Source of the DNA: a virus
DNA length: 58,225 bases
Strand: one strand, 5' to 3'
IMG/VR virus record: IMGVR_UViG_3300001167_000001
Coordinates: 1-58,225 of that record
The notes under the pieces are model-generated. The model was not told the origin of the DNA, did no database searches, and saw only the letters and a program-made list of their open reading frames with translations. Position numbers and translations under genes: made by a program. This document shows positions 33,703 to 42,542 of this stretch, piece after piece (positions within the stretch are counted from its first letter, which is position 1; each line of letters opens with the position of its first letter).

Positions 33703-35352
33703 TCACCTTTGATGAATAACTCCGCTTTTATCATACATCCCGGCTGCCATGTAGCGGCCGTTTGGCGAGCGTTTTAGGTACACGGAATGTACATCAGGCA
33801 GGTTTTCGTACGGCCACGTACAGGTAGTGAACTTCGTTGTCAACGTCCAGCCGCCCGAAGGGTTTTTGACCGGCGGGCTGACGACTTCCTGCCACGGTGC
33901 GGCCTCAACCAGCTTGCGAATGCTGACGGCTTCGTTTGTGCCGCCGCGCATTTTTAGATCCTTACCGGCTGCCATCGTCACGGTGTTGTCAAAGCCGCAG
34001 AACGGGCACAGTGGATGTAAAAACGCGGCGTACGTTTCCTCGCAGGCTGCACAAATCTTTATTTCGGATTGCTGCTGTTTGCAGTGCGGGCAGCGCATGC
34101 CGTGGAAATGCGGGTCAAATGCTTCACCGCAACTTTTGCACTTTGGGGCGCTACGGTGCAGTGTTTGACACTTTGGGCATGTCTTGCCGTTTTCCCACGT
34201 CTCCCACTCCCGCGAACATGGCCCGGTGGTTGTCACCGCTTCACACTCCAGCAAACGCCCTGGAGCTGCCATTACGGCGTCAAGCGTGCCGTGGCGTTGG
34301 ATATTGCCGCCGAAGTCCGATACAAGACAGTTAGCGGCGTACGGCGTTATACGGGCGCCACGCCCTAACGATTGAGCATACAGCACGGCGGATTTGGTGG
34401 CGCGGCAGAACGCCATGTAGTCGATGTCAACGACGTTAAACCCGGTCGTGAACATGTTGCATGAAACGAGGATTTCAGCATGACCGGCTTTAAATGCCTG
34501 TACAGCTTTGTCCCGTTTGCCTGTGATCGAATGCGAATGCACGCCGACAACTGAGGCATTGAGTTTGTGCAGTTCCGTTTCCATTTTATCGACGTGTTCG
34601 ATATTGCAGCAAAATACCAGCACGCGGCGGCGTCCGTACTTTTGCATGACTTCCAGAATTGTTTTCGCGTGACTCGGGGACAGCTTGATCGCGCGCGGCG
34701 CCATTTCGTCCATATCGAAATCGCCGGCTATGGTTTTTAATCCTTCGACTTCGATTGTTTCGTCTTCGCCAGCATCCACCGGGACTAGCGGCTTAACGTA
34801 GCCGTCGCGTAAAGCGTCAAGAAATGTATATTTGAAAACCACCGGCCCAAATGTACGGTTAAGGTCGCCCGTACCGTCTGATCGGAACGGCGTTGCGGTC
34901 AATCCGTGGATTTTGGTTTGCGCGAGTTTATCGAAAAGCCGCCGGTATTGTGACGACTTAGCGGGTGGCGTCCTGTGAACTTCATCCACAAGTATCGCCA
35001 CCACGTCACGGAAAAGGTGCAGTCTACTAACGATTGTTCCGATAGTCCCAACTGTGACTCGGGCAAAGGCGTTGACGCTAATGGATGCTGAGCAGACGCC
35101 AGGGCTACACCCAAGTTGTTTGCAGGCTTCGGCATTCTGAACCACCAATTCTTTGTTGTGTGCAACTATCAGTACGCGGCCGAATTGACTGTAATGTAAT
35201 GCCAGCATTCCTAGCATCGCGCTCTTCCCCCCCGCAACGCTGACTTCGGCAACCGAAAACCGTCCATCGTAGTTTATAAGCGTCTGTACGCCTTCGGTTT
35301 GATGGCGGCGCGGTATGAACGGTTCGATTTGCGGAGCTGGGTAGCCGTGCAT
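33703..35352 (-). CDS. SF2 DEAD/DEAH-box helicase with C-terminal multi-zinc-ribbon (549 aa)
   Basis: Walker A AGGKSAM, DEVH (ILVDEVHR), LTATPFR, C-terminal helicase lobe. Several CxxC pairs (CPKCQ, CKSCG, CPHCK, CAACE, CPFCG). Confidence 0.8.
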   Translation of the reverse strand: MHGYPAPQIEPFIPRRHQTEGVQTLINYDGRFSVAEVSVAGGKSAMLGMLALHYSQFGRVLIVAHNKELVVQNAEACKQLGCSPGVCSASISVNAFARVTVGTIGTIVSRLHLFRDVVAILVDEVHRTPPAKSSQYRRLFDKLAQTKIHGLTATPFRSDGTGDLNRTFGPVVFKYTFLDALRDGYVKPLVPVDAGEDETIEVEGLKTIAGDFDMDEMAPRAIKLSPSHAKTILEVMQKYGRRRVLVFCCNIEHVDKMETELHKLNASVVGVHSHSITGKRDKAVQAFKAGHAEILVSCNMFTTGFNVVDIDYMAFCRATKSAVLYAQSLGRGARITPYAANCLVSDFGGNIQRHGTLDAVMAAPGRLLECEAVTTTGPCSREWETWENGKTCPKCQTLHRSAPKCKSCGEAFDPHFHGMRCPHCKQQQSEIKICAACEETYAAFLHPLCPFCGFDNTVTMAAGKDLKMRGGTNEAVSIRKLVEAAPWQEVVSPPVKNPSGGWTLTTKFTTCTWPYENLPDVHSVYLKRSPNGRYMAAGMYDKSGVIHQR

Positions 35353-35442
35353 AGGTGTTAATGCTCAACATAAAGAAGATAGCCGCGCCCAATCACAGCG
35401 AATGCGCCGAACACGATAAAGAACCAACAAAATTCTTCCATT

Positions 35443-35646
35443 TTAATTTTTTATAAATTCGATTTCCCGATCTAGATGTAAACCGATAAAGCCAAGGCAC
35501 TTCAATCGTATTCTTAACAGCACTTCGTCAGAGTAGGTTTTTGGACTGGCGTTGAACTCTTTGACGCGTACGGCGTATGCCGCGCGCCAGTCTTGCCAGT
35601 CATCGTACATTGATGGCAATGAGTTGGGTTCGGTGTTCGGTGTCAT
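35443..35646 (-). CDS. Hypothetical protein (67 aa)
   Basis: ORF; ATGA-type coupling with 35643. Confidence 0.45.
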   Translation of the reverse strand: MTPNTEPNSLPSMYDDWQDWRAAYAVRVKEFNASPKTYSDEVLLRIRLKCLGFIGLHLDREIEFIKN

Positions 35647-35903
35647 CCTAAGTGCCTCAAATCACGGTCCACAGCTTCCCGCAACTTCGTTACCGTAGCG
35701 TTAACAACGTCTTCCTTGCTACCGTGACCACCTGCGATCGTCAACGCCATGGCGCCCGCCAAGCCGTCAATGTATGCAGCAACTACGGCTTGACCAGACG
35801 AGCGGCTATAGCGAATCGTAAGGGCGAACGATTGCATATGCTGGCGTATCGCGTCGCGGAGCGTAAAGCCGGCAGCCGTTTCGATTTTTAATCCGTCGTT
35901 CAT
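35643..35903 (-). CDS. Hypothetical protein (86 aa)
   Basis: ORF in the leftward early operon. Confidence 0.5.
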   Translation of the reverse strand: MNDGLKIETAAGFTLRDAIRQHMQSFALTIRYSRSSGQAVVAAYIDGLAGAMALTIAGGHGSKEDVVNATVTKLREAVDRDLRHLG

Positions 35904-35935
35904 GTACGTACCTGTACGCTTGTTTAACTAGAAAG

Positions 35936-36229
35936 TCAATGCAGTGCGTCCATGACAAAGCCGAAATCGTCCCAAATTTCCATAAAGCCGCCACGCTCTA
36001 AGGCCATCCATTGGTCAAAGCTAGGGCAGCTAAGATATACGCGACGCATCCCGGCGCCTTCCGAACGAACGACCGCCAGCGACGTGCAAGCAGGTACTTT
36101 GCTTGTGACGGCATGGCATGCACGCATTGTGAGCAGCGATACGGGATGAAGCTGAGCGTTCGCTATCTCGACCCGCTGGTAGCCGTTCAGATATTGCACT
36201 ACGGCAGCCGTAGGCCAATACGCGGTCAT
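35936..36229 (-). CDS. Hypothetical protein (97 aa)
   Basis: ORF; its start overlaps the upstream stop (ATGA). Confidence 0.5.
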   Translation of the reverse strand: MTAYWPTAAVVQYLNGYQRVEIANAQLHPVSLLTMRACHAVTSKVPACTSLAVVRSEGAGMRRVYLSCPSFDQWMALERGGFMEIWDDFGFVMDALH

Positions 36230-36393
36230 CTTACGGCCCCACTTTCACGCACTTTCAGTAGCGCAGCAATCGCTTCCGTTAACTCAGTTGACGGCACGAT
36301 TCTTCCGTAGTCAGTTTCTTGCCAGTACCGCTGTCTCAACTTAATCGGCAGTGAAAACCATTCTTCTTTGGTGTGCCCGGCGTACTGTATCAT
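36226..36393 (-). CDS. Hypothetical small protein (55 aa, below track cutoff)
   Basis: Hand translation MIQYAGHTKEEWFSLPIKLRQRYWQETDYGRIVPSTELTEAIAALLKVRESGAVR. ATGA overlaps at both ends. Confidence 0.5.
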   Translation of the reverse strand: MIQYAGHTKEEWFSLPIKLRQRYWQETDYGRIVPSTELTEAIAALLKVRESGAVR

Positions 36394-36716
36394 TTGCTAA
36401 TCTCCAGCCCCGAATCACTCGCCAGTTTCCAAAGGCGAGACATAATCTGCGGTACGCTCATGTACGGCGTATTTGGCTGGCACATCCCTATATCCTGTAG
36501 CTCGACCGTCGTACCGTCCGAGAACTTGACTTCACCGCGCGGTACGAGCTGCCCGCGCTGCGTGTTGGCGATGAAAGCGAACGCCGGATTATTGGAGTGT
36601 ACCACAATGCAAGTGTTTGCCACAGCGTACGCGAAATCGTTTCGCAGCAGCGCAATGGTGTCTTCCGCCGATCGTTTCGGCGGATCCCAGGGGAATATGT
36701 CGTCGGTGTCGGTCAT
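36390..36716 (-). CDS. Hypothetical protein (108 aa from ATG 36716)
   Basis: The upstream part of tracked ORF 36390..36980 is Arg-rich out-of-frame read-through of the neighbouring gene. ATG 36716 overlaps the TGA of 36713..36916. Confidence 0.5.
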   Translation of the reverse strand: MTDTDDIFPWDPPKRSAEDTIALLRNDFAYAVANTCIVVHSNNPAFAFIANTQRGQLVPRGEVKFSDGTTVELQDIGMCQPNTPYMSVPQIMSRLWKLASDSGLEISK

Positions 36717-36916
36717 GGCGTGTATTGCATCATGCTTACCGCGTCCATCGGATACGTTATCGGCTTGCCGTCGTCGCTGTCTTCCCAAACTACTCCCATG
36801 GTAGCTTTGTCGGCGTCCACGGCAACGACGGCTCCGCGACAGGTGCCGCTGTAAATTGCGTCTCCCACGGCAAAAGGCGCGGCTTGTACGGCTGATGTGT
36901 CGCTCCAAGGAAACAT
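36713..36916 (-). CDS. Hypothetical protein (67 aa)
   Basis: ORF coupled to the downstream gene. Confidence 0.45.
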   Translation of the reverse strand: MFPWSDTSAVQAAPFAVGDAIYSGTCRGAVVAVDADKATMGVVWEDSDDGKPITYPMDAVSMMQYTP

Positions 36917-37162
36917 CGTTGTCCGTTCGTGTCAGTACGCCCACACGCACAAATTCCATCCCATTCGCCGTTTGCGTCAAGGGCCATCACGGTTCTCACT
37001 TATACAGTTTATGGTCGTCAGCAACAATATGGTAAAACGGTCCTTGCCTGTCTCCTAGGTGCTCGTTCAATTTGTCACACACGCGTTGCGCCACATTAGC
37101 ATCTACACTGTCGAGCCACAGGTATTCATTTGATGTGTCACTCGGGATGTTGTCGCTGTATA

Positions 37163-39232
37163 TTATTTTTGCCACGGGAAACTCTCCTTTGGTATGTCGA
37201 TTGCGTACGGTATCGTCAATTCCTGCCGTACACTACCAGCCGGCGGAAAGATAGCAAAAAATGGGTATCCGTACAAGCCCCTAAAATGTCCGCTTTCCAC
37301 AAGGCTTTTCATGCCGTCCTCAAACATTTTTTTGGCGGCATCCTTGGTGACGACGTAGCCAGGAACCTCGCCTTTAACGGCGTGGCCTATCTCGGCTGCC
37401 ACACTATCGAATTTGACGATGCTGCCGGCGCGCAAGGCGTCCATGCCGGCGGCGGTAACTCCGGGCAGCATCGCAGCCAGCTTCAAGACGGCGGATTGCT
37501 CTTTAACTTCTTTAATCACTTCGGAAGTGCGCTTGAACACGTTGACGGTGGTTGTACGACCCTTCGCGTCTTTGCCGTAGTTCTCAGATACGATCTTGCC
37601 AGTGTAGCTTTTGGCCTTCGGGGCGCCGCGCGTTTTGCCGCAATCAACCGATACGTAATCATTGCGGCCGCCAGTGACGCGATATACAAAGCCGCTATTG
37701 CCCGACTTGGCGCCGTTGCCTTTCTGAAATGCGTCTTCATTGCCGAGCGGTAAATGATCGGTGACAAGTACAGCGGCACCCGTACGCCGCGCTAGGTTTT
37801 TCAGAATGAACATGGCTTTTAGAACAGCTTCAGTGTCGTTGTCGGCAAAGCAAAGTCCTGACGCGCCCCAGGTATCCAGCACAATTATATCGACACGCTT
37901 ATCCATCGCGATCATGGCTTGAACCTGCGCCGCGCATTGTTGTTCAAAGGCCATCGGTTCATTGACGCCGCGGATCATGTGAAAGCGCCCCGCTAGCTCG
38001 GTCGCGTTCGGCTCTTGACGCAGCAGATGCCTTATGCGTCGTTCTGTGCCGTAGTCATCTTCAGCGGCAACCCACAGTACATGACCACTTGCGCGCTCGT
38101 TATCGGCGTCAAGCCACGACTGCCCCCGAAGAAATTGGAAAGCCAAGTCAGTAACAAGCGCGGACTTACCGGCCCCGCTGTGCCCGGTGAAAAAGTGAAC
38201 TTCACCGCAAAGTATCCTCTGATATAATAGCCATGGTAGCTCTGCACTGTCGTCCTCCAAGGATATTTCAAAGCCCGTGCGTTTGGCGAGTGTTGGCGCT
38301 ATCTGCGCGTCATGCAGCCCTTGAATCATCGTACGGCGCGACATGATCGCTTGCATAATCAGATTGCCGCGCAACACTGGCAGTTCATCTTGTCGGCTGA
38401 TTTCCTCGCCTAACGTACGGCCGCCGATTCCTTCATCCAGACTGTGCCCGGCATTGGTGATCGCGTCTTCGATTTCGTGCCGCGTGATGATGCCGTTCTG
38501 CTCGGCGAATTTCAGGACGCCGACAAGGGCGAAGATTGTAGATCCGCGCCCTTCGGTTTTGCCCCGCAGTTCATGCGTCAGCGTGCCTAGGTAACGATCG
38601 GCAGCATTGCGGCCGGCTTGCCATTCGTCATACGTCTGCGGCTTTGCGTATTTCAGCTCATCGGCGCTGGCGGTTTCATGCTCGGCTGCAAAGCGCAGCG
38701 ATGTGCCAGCGCGCAACGGGACTTCAGATAAAACCGTTTGCAGTTGCTCTGTTGTTAATCGCGGCCAGTCAACGCTCCAATTCTCCCACTGGTAGTGTTG
38801 GCCGGTGTCCTTATGCGGGCCAAAGGCGATAAATTGACCGCCCATGAGCTGTAAGTGCTCGCCGTTCGCAAAAGTGAATGTACGTCCGCGTACAGGCGCG
38901 TCAACGAGGTAGAACGGGATTAGGAAACGATTCGGCCTGCCGCGCCTCACAGGGATATTCAGGCCGAGCACTGAGCGGAAAGCGGCCAACAATTTTGGGG
39001 ATAGCGCTGGGTCCGACACGTCAACGTCGAATGCGGTCAGTCCATTATCGCCGCAGCGGAGCCCCACGCTGCCAGCGCCGGGGTGTGCGATCGGCGAAGT
39101 CCATATGTTCCAGCCGTCGCCTATGGGGGCCTTGCTGTTCCGTGCTATGGCGAGGGGGAAAAGGCCGCGCGCAATGGCGGCGTCCCAAAAGGATTGTATG
39201 TCGTACGCAGTTGTGCTAGGGGGAGCGAGCAT
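37163..39232 (-). CDS. Bifunctional primase-polymerase (PrimPol) fused to a RecA-like/AAA_25 replicative helicase (689 aa)
   Basis: The N-terminus GLFPLAIARNSKAPIGDGW...FDVDV is Prim-Pol-like. Walker A GHSGAGKSAL and Walker B DIIVLDTWG. Confidence 0.75.
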   Translation of the reverse strand: MLAPPSTTAYDIQSFWDAAIARGLFPLAIARNSKAPIGDGWNIWTSPIAHPGAGSVGLRCGDNGLTAFDVDVSDPALSPKLLAAFRSVLGLNIPVRRGRPNRFLIPFYLVDAPVRGRTFTFANGEHLQLMGGQFIAFGPHKDTGQHYQWENWSVDWPRLTTEQLQTVLSEVPLRAGTSLRFAAEHETASADELKYAKPQTYDEWQAGRNAADRYLGTLTHELRGKTEGRGSTIFALVGVLKFAEQNGIITRHEIEDAITNAGHSLDEGIGGRTLGEEISRQDELPVLRGNLIMQAIMSRRTMIQGLHDAQIAPTLAKRTGFEISLEDDSAELPWLLYQRILCGEVHFFTGHSGAGKSALVTDLAFQFLRGQSWLDADNERASGHVLWVAAEDDYGTERRIRHLLRQEPNATELAGRFHMIRGVNEPMAFEQQCAAQVQAMIAMDKRVDIIVLDTWGASGLCFADNDTEAVLKAMFILKNLARRTGAAVLVTDHLPLGNEDAFQKGNGAKSGNSGFVYRVTGGRNDYVSVDCGKTRGAPKAKSYTGKIVSENYGKDAKGRTTTVNVFKRTSEVIKEVKEQSAVLKLAAMLPGVTAAGMDALRAGSIVKFDSVAAEIGHAVKGEVPGYVVTKDAAKKMFEDGMKSLVESGHFRGLYGYPFFAIFPPAGSVRQELTIPYAIDIPKESFPWQK

Positions 39233-39282
39233 TCACTAGCCATAGTGGTGAGTGCATTTCTAGCCCTGTCGCGGGAGTCGAG

Positions 39283-39307
39283 CCCCGCGGCGGGGTTTTT
39301 CTTTTTA
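39283..39307 (+). terminator. Orphan plus-strand hairpin + T-run at the edge of the AT-rich island
   Basis: CCCCG-cgg-CGGGG followed by TTTTTCTTTTTA. There is no plus-strand gene upstream. Confidence 0.35.
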
Positions 39308-39517
39308 TGCCTGCGTCACGGCGTTGTCAAACAGACGCGGGTCATAACCCAACCGGTGCCACCGCGACTGGATCAAACGCGTCTCGCTTGCACTTAGGAC
39401 AGCGTTCGTTTTCTAGAATCCCGCCCGCGTCACAAACCACGCATCGCCAAGTAGATGTATCGCAAATATGCCCCGTCAACTTCGGAAAATCACGGCCGCA
39501 AACGAGAAATGAGACTT

Positions 39518-40399
39518 TTAGCCTGGAGCGCCCTCAAATGTGGCGGGCGGCGCGATTGGAGGGGCTACTGGAATGCTTGTTGTGGGAGGGGCTGGAATCG
39601 CCCCCGGGGGCAGATTGATCTGCATGGTGCAGGTTTCGTTCGTGGGCAATTTAGGTCGTGGCGGGTTGGCTACACGGTTGCAGCCATCGTCTGTGCAATT
39701 ACCCTCATCGCACAAGGCGTGCAGAAATACGAGTTCACCTCGCACGTTCATCGTTCCAAAAATGCGCCAGCAGAATCTAGTAGTTCGAATATCGCTCCTA
39801 AACACGTCTTTATATCTCGCCCATCCCCAAATGTACGCGAATCGGAACCTTTGCTGCATTTCATTAAGATAGCTTTGAGGGAAAAATCCGACCGATCCGT
39901 CTGGTTGTCGAAAGGCGGGCGCACTCAAAACTTGCTTTGGGCCGACAGAAGATGGCCCGTCAATTTTTTTCGTACTATCAACATTTGTGAAGCCTTCAGC
40001 CAAATCGTCTCTAGAAAATTGGAAATTCACAATGGAGTTCATTTCAAGAGCAGCGGTGTTTCCAGTGTTTTCCCATTGGGGAATGAAGTAGTACCCGATG
40101 ATGGTATTTATTTGAGTTTGGTTGACGATAACACTCAGTGGAACGATCAGGGCATCGTGAAGAATTATCGAGGCCCGTTGCGCGTAATAGAGATTGTCTT
40201 TTTCAGTTTGCGAAGTACAGGTCCCGAGAACAAAGAGGCACGCTGTTACTCCGGTATATATGGCTACGGCTACGAACGTGCGTATGCTCCATGTGCGATT
40301 TTGCTGTTGGTGTTCATCGTTTTTAGCCTGAGCGGTCTGATATTCAGCAGCAAAGGATTTAAACGCCGCGACAGAAAGGGGACGATCCTCATCTTCCAT
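39518..40399 (-). CDS. Membrane-anchored protein of unknown function in a low-GC island (293 aa)
   Basis: AGGAAA SD 7 nt before ATG 40399. Single TM segment (WSIRTFVAVAIYTGVTACLFVLG), Cys-rich and Pro-rich C-terminus. The region is visibly more AT-rich than its flanks. Confidence 0.6.
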   Translation of the reverse strand: MEDEDRPLSVAAFKSFAAEYQTAQAKNDEHQQQNRTWSIRTFVAVAIYTGVTACLFVLGTCTSQTEKDNLYYAQRASIILHDALIVPLSVIVNQTQINTIIGYYFIPQWENTGNTAALEMNSIVNFQFSRDDLAEGFTNVDSTKKIDGPSSVGPKQVLSAPAFRQPDGSVGFFPQSYLNEMQQRFRFAYIWGWARYKDVFRSDIRTTRFCWRIFGTMNVRGELVFLHALCDEGNCTDDGCNRVANPPRPKLPTNETCTMQINLPPGAIPAPPTTSIPVAPPIAPPATFEGAPG

Positions 40400-40513
40400 G
40401 GCTGGCTTTCCTTTGTGATCGCTCTAGTAGCTGCCGCGTGGCTTATTACTGGTGAACATGTTTTTATTTCCAGTTCTGCTGAGCGCGTCTCCGCCGCCCC
40501 CGGGATCGACGCC

Positions 40514-40702
40514 TCAGCAACGTGCTATAGCCGCGCCGAAAATGTCCGCGTTCTCCCGATTGTTATACCGGAACTCAAACTCGGCAACGTAGAGCGGCAT
40601 GTACTTGGCGCTGACCTTGTGGAACGTGCCAACCACGCCGCGTTTCAGGATCGACCAGAAGATTCCGAAGGGCCGTGCGAGGCGGCCCGCTAGGTTCGGG
40701 AG
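40514..40702 (-). pseudogene. IS1595-family (ISXO2-like) transposase, C-terminal remnant only (about 62 codons)
   Basis: Hand translation ...PFGIFWSILKRGVVGTFHKVSAKYMPLYVAEFEFRYNNRENADIFGAAIARC* matches the family C-terminus (FWS.LKRG..G.YH.VS.KHL..Y..EF.FRYN.R). An in-frame TGA lies immediately upstream. Confidence 0.7.
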
Positions 40703-40723
40703 TCAAGTATATAATTCCCTTTT

Positions 40724-40976
40724 ATGCTTATCCGGTTGTCACCCATGCGATCCGGTAACCTGTACCTGCACACAAACGATATCTGGGCGCGCCGGGAACA
40801 CACGATTTTTTGCACGTTCGCAGTCGGATTGACCGAGATATAGGCCGTTCATCGCCGATGGCCCGGCGGTGTTGAGCGTTTGGTAGCAGCTAGGAAGCAG
40901 TCCGCAATTTAGCGTGGTCCAAAGTAGCATTATGAACATGATTTCATCTCCTTATGGGTGACAACCGGATAAGCAT
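40724..40976. mobile_element. 253-bp miniature element with 23-bp terminal inverted repeats, flanked by a 10-bp direct repeat
   Basis: ATGCTTATCCGGTTGTCACCCAT (40724..40746) is the reverse complement of 40954..40976. ATTCCCTTTT occurs at 40714..40723 and 40978..40987. The termini share CATGCTTATCCGGTT with the MTase cassette. Confidence 0.7.
40739..40939 (-). CDS. 66-aa hydrophobic-N-terminus peptide carried by the miniature element
   Basis: AGGAG SD 8 nt before ATG 40939. MFIMLLWTTLNCGLLPSC... The stop lies inside the left inverted repeat. Confidence 0.45.
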   Translation of the reverse strand: MFIMLLWTTLNCGLLPSCYQTLNTAGPSAMNGLYLGQSDCERAKNRVFPARPDIVCVQVQVTGSHG

Positions 40977-40985
40977 GATTCCCTT

Positions 40986-41156
40986 TTATATCGTCCCCAT
41001 CACAACACGAAACATGACGTACGCGAAGAACGCGGTGACGATCAGCAATGCACCGCCGACGACAATGCGCGCTGTACGTACACCGAAGGCGAATGTGATG
41101 GCGGCGACGAGCATGAACAGCGAGAACGAGCCGCCGTGTCTGTGTCCGTGGGTCAT
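40986..41156 (-). CDS. Micro-ORF, 56-aa two-TM membrane protein
   Basis: Hand translation MTHGHRHGGSFSLFMLVAAITFAFGVRTARIVVGGALLIVTAFFAYVMFRVVMGTI. Starts 3 nt after the upstream stop. Confidence 0.45.
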   Translation of the reverse strand: MTHGHRHGGSFSLFMLVAAITFAFGVRTARIVVGGALLIVTAFFAYVMFRVVMGTI

Positions 41157-41159
41157 GGC

Positions 41160-41366
41160 CTAGGCCCCCACGATGATGTTGTGGCGGCTCTTAAACGCAG
41201 CCCGTTGTTCGCTCGACAGGTCGTAGTACATGGATGCGATAAGCGCTTCCAGCATGCCGAGCTGATAAGCCGTACGGTATTCGATGCACGTGCCGGATGT
41301 TACGGCTCGATCGGCGGAAATTCGCTCCCACGTTTTGCTCAGAACCAGAGGATCCACGCTCATCAC
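41160..41366 (-). CDS. Hypothetical protein (68 aa)
   Basis: ORF; ATGA coupling with 41363. Confidence 0.5.
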   Translation of the reverse strand: MMSVDPLVLSKTWERISADRAVTSGTCIEYRTAYQLGMLEALIASMYYDLSSEQRAAFKSRHNIIVGA

Positions 41367-41536
41367 ACTGCCTCCCTACGCTCAAACTGCGACCACCATT
41401 GCACCGAGCGCCCGTACTGCAACGCCTCGACCATATCGGCGCAAGCTACGTCGAATTCCTCGCCGCTGCAAGCGATCGCCAGCTTGCGCGCGGCTTCCTG
41501 GATCACTTCGTTGTCGGTTTTGATTCGACTAATCAT
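41363..41536 (-). CDS. Hypothetical protein (57 aa from ATG 41536)
   Basis: Preceded by the conserved CGCTGGAGAGCGA leader motif. Confidence 0.5.
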   Translation of the reverse strand: MISRIKTDNEVIQEAARKLAIACSGEEFDVACADMVEALQYGRSVQWWSQFERREAV

Positions 41537-41601
41537 TTTCGCTCTCCAGCGGTTCAACTCGTTTTCGATGTACGTACATGTACATCCACCATATCAGCCT
41601 G

Positions 41602-42195
41602 TCAACCCTCCCAAGGCATTTTTTGCGCTTTATTTTCAGTGAGCCATTTTTGCAACAGTTCGCCGCTGGCTACCGCGGCACGCAGGTTTTTCGTGGATTC
41701 TGCCATGGTTAGGGGTTCCGGCGGTAGCTTATACGTCTGTACGGGCTTTGGAGCGACAACGGGCGCCGGCTGCAATGCGGCGATCTGTTCGCGCAGCTCT
41801 TTATTTAGCGCGTATAAGCCCGTCAGTTCCTCTTTCATGGTGACGTTTGCCGTACGTAATGTTTCCAGTTCCTCATTATCGACCGGTGCCGCAGGCCGCA
41901 CAGGGGCCACCGCGGGCTCGCCAGCGACGGGCCTGGACTTGCCGCCGCGGGACCCGGGGCCGCCGGCTTTACGCTCTGCTCGGCACTTCGGGCAGTTGCG
42001 CAACAGCAGGCCGGCGTTTTTCTTGGTGCCGTCGAGTGCCTTTTTGGTTACGTCCAGGCTGATCTCGGCTTGGCAATTCGCGCAGGGCCGCGTCACTCGG
42101 TAGAGGTGGATGTAGTCGCCGTTCCAGTATTTTGTAATCGGATCGCCACCTTGCCAGCCATCCGGCAGTTCGCCGTCGTATTTCGGGTGTGTCAT
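41602..42195 (-). CDS. Zinc-ribbon / coiled-coil protein (197 aa)
   Basis: CANCQ...CPKCR zinc ribbon, basic linker, heptad region (LETLRTANVTMKEELTGLYALNKELREQIAAL). Confidence 0.55.
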   Translation of the reverse strand: MTHPKYDGELPDGWQGGDPITKYWNGDYIHLYRVTRPCANCQAEISLDVTKKALDGTKKNAGLLLRNCPKCRAERKAGGPGSRGGKSRPVAGEPAVAPVRPAAPVDNEELETLRTANVTMKEELTGLYALNKELREQIAALQPAPVVAPKPVQTYKLPPEPLTMAESTKNLRAAVASGELLQKWLTENKAQKMPWEG

Positions 42196-42515
42196 GGTGC
42201 AACTTCTGTTGCCGCTTCGATCGCAGCGGCGGCAAGTGCTTCAATGATGGCCGGGCAGTTGTCTCGATTGACGGCGTGCCCGTGGATTGCTCTCAGAGCA
42301 GACAGCATTGCCCAATACTGCGGATCGTACTCACGCCCCCATTCGCGTTCGTAATCGGCTCTCAGTTGCTTTTGCTGTTTCGGCGTGATTACCACAACGG
42401 GGCAGTCCGGCTTATTGTAGCGCGCACGAATGCTATCCGTACAGCGAGCGGCGTACACCCAGTTCAAGCCGACGCGTTCTCTCATGAAGGCTCCGAACGT
42501 TTTTTGTTCAATCAT
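42192..42515 (-). CDS. First gene of the leftward early operon, hypothetical (107 aa)
   Basis: ATG 42515 preceded by CGCTGGAGAGTGA. ATGA coupling to 42195. Confidence 0.5.
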   Translation of the reverse strand: MIEQKTFGAFMRERVGLNWVYAARCTDSIRARYNKPDCPVVVITPKQQKQLRADYEREWGREYDPQYWAMLSALRAIHGHAVNRDNCPAIIEALAAAAIEAATEVAP

Positions 42516-42542
42516 TGTCACTCTCCAGCGTTTGTATGACAC

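Noticed and set aside
36790-36999. 69-aa minus-strand ORF overlapping 36713..36916 in another frame. Its first 25 or so residues (MALDANGEWDGICACGRTDTNGQR) look protein-like.
   Set aside because: The remainder is P/L/W-rich shadow sequence over the better-coupled 67-aa gene. It could be a short upstream ORF or a frameshifted N-terminus. I cannot decide from sequence alone.
39342-39479. 45-codon minus-strand ORF with a zinc-ribbon-like Cys pattern (HICDTSTWRCVVCDAGGILENERCPKCKRD)
   Set aside because: The only in-frame start is a TTG with no convincing SD. It is too short to support without conservation data.
39455-40693. 412-aa plus-strand ORF, the longest ORF in the accessory island
   Set aside because: It is antisense to a better-supported minus-strand gene (SD plus ATG 40399, coherent TM and domain organisation) and to the IS1595 transposase remnant. 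Its translation is compositionally erratic. I treat it as a shadow ORF.
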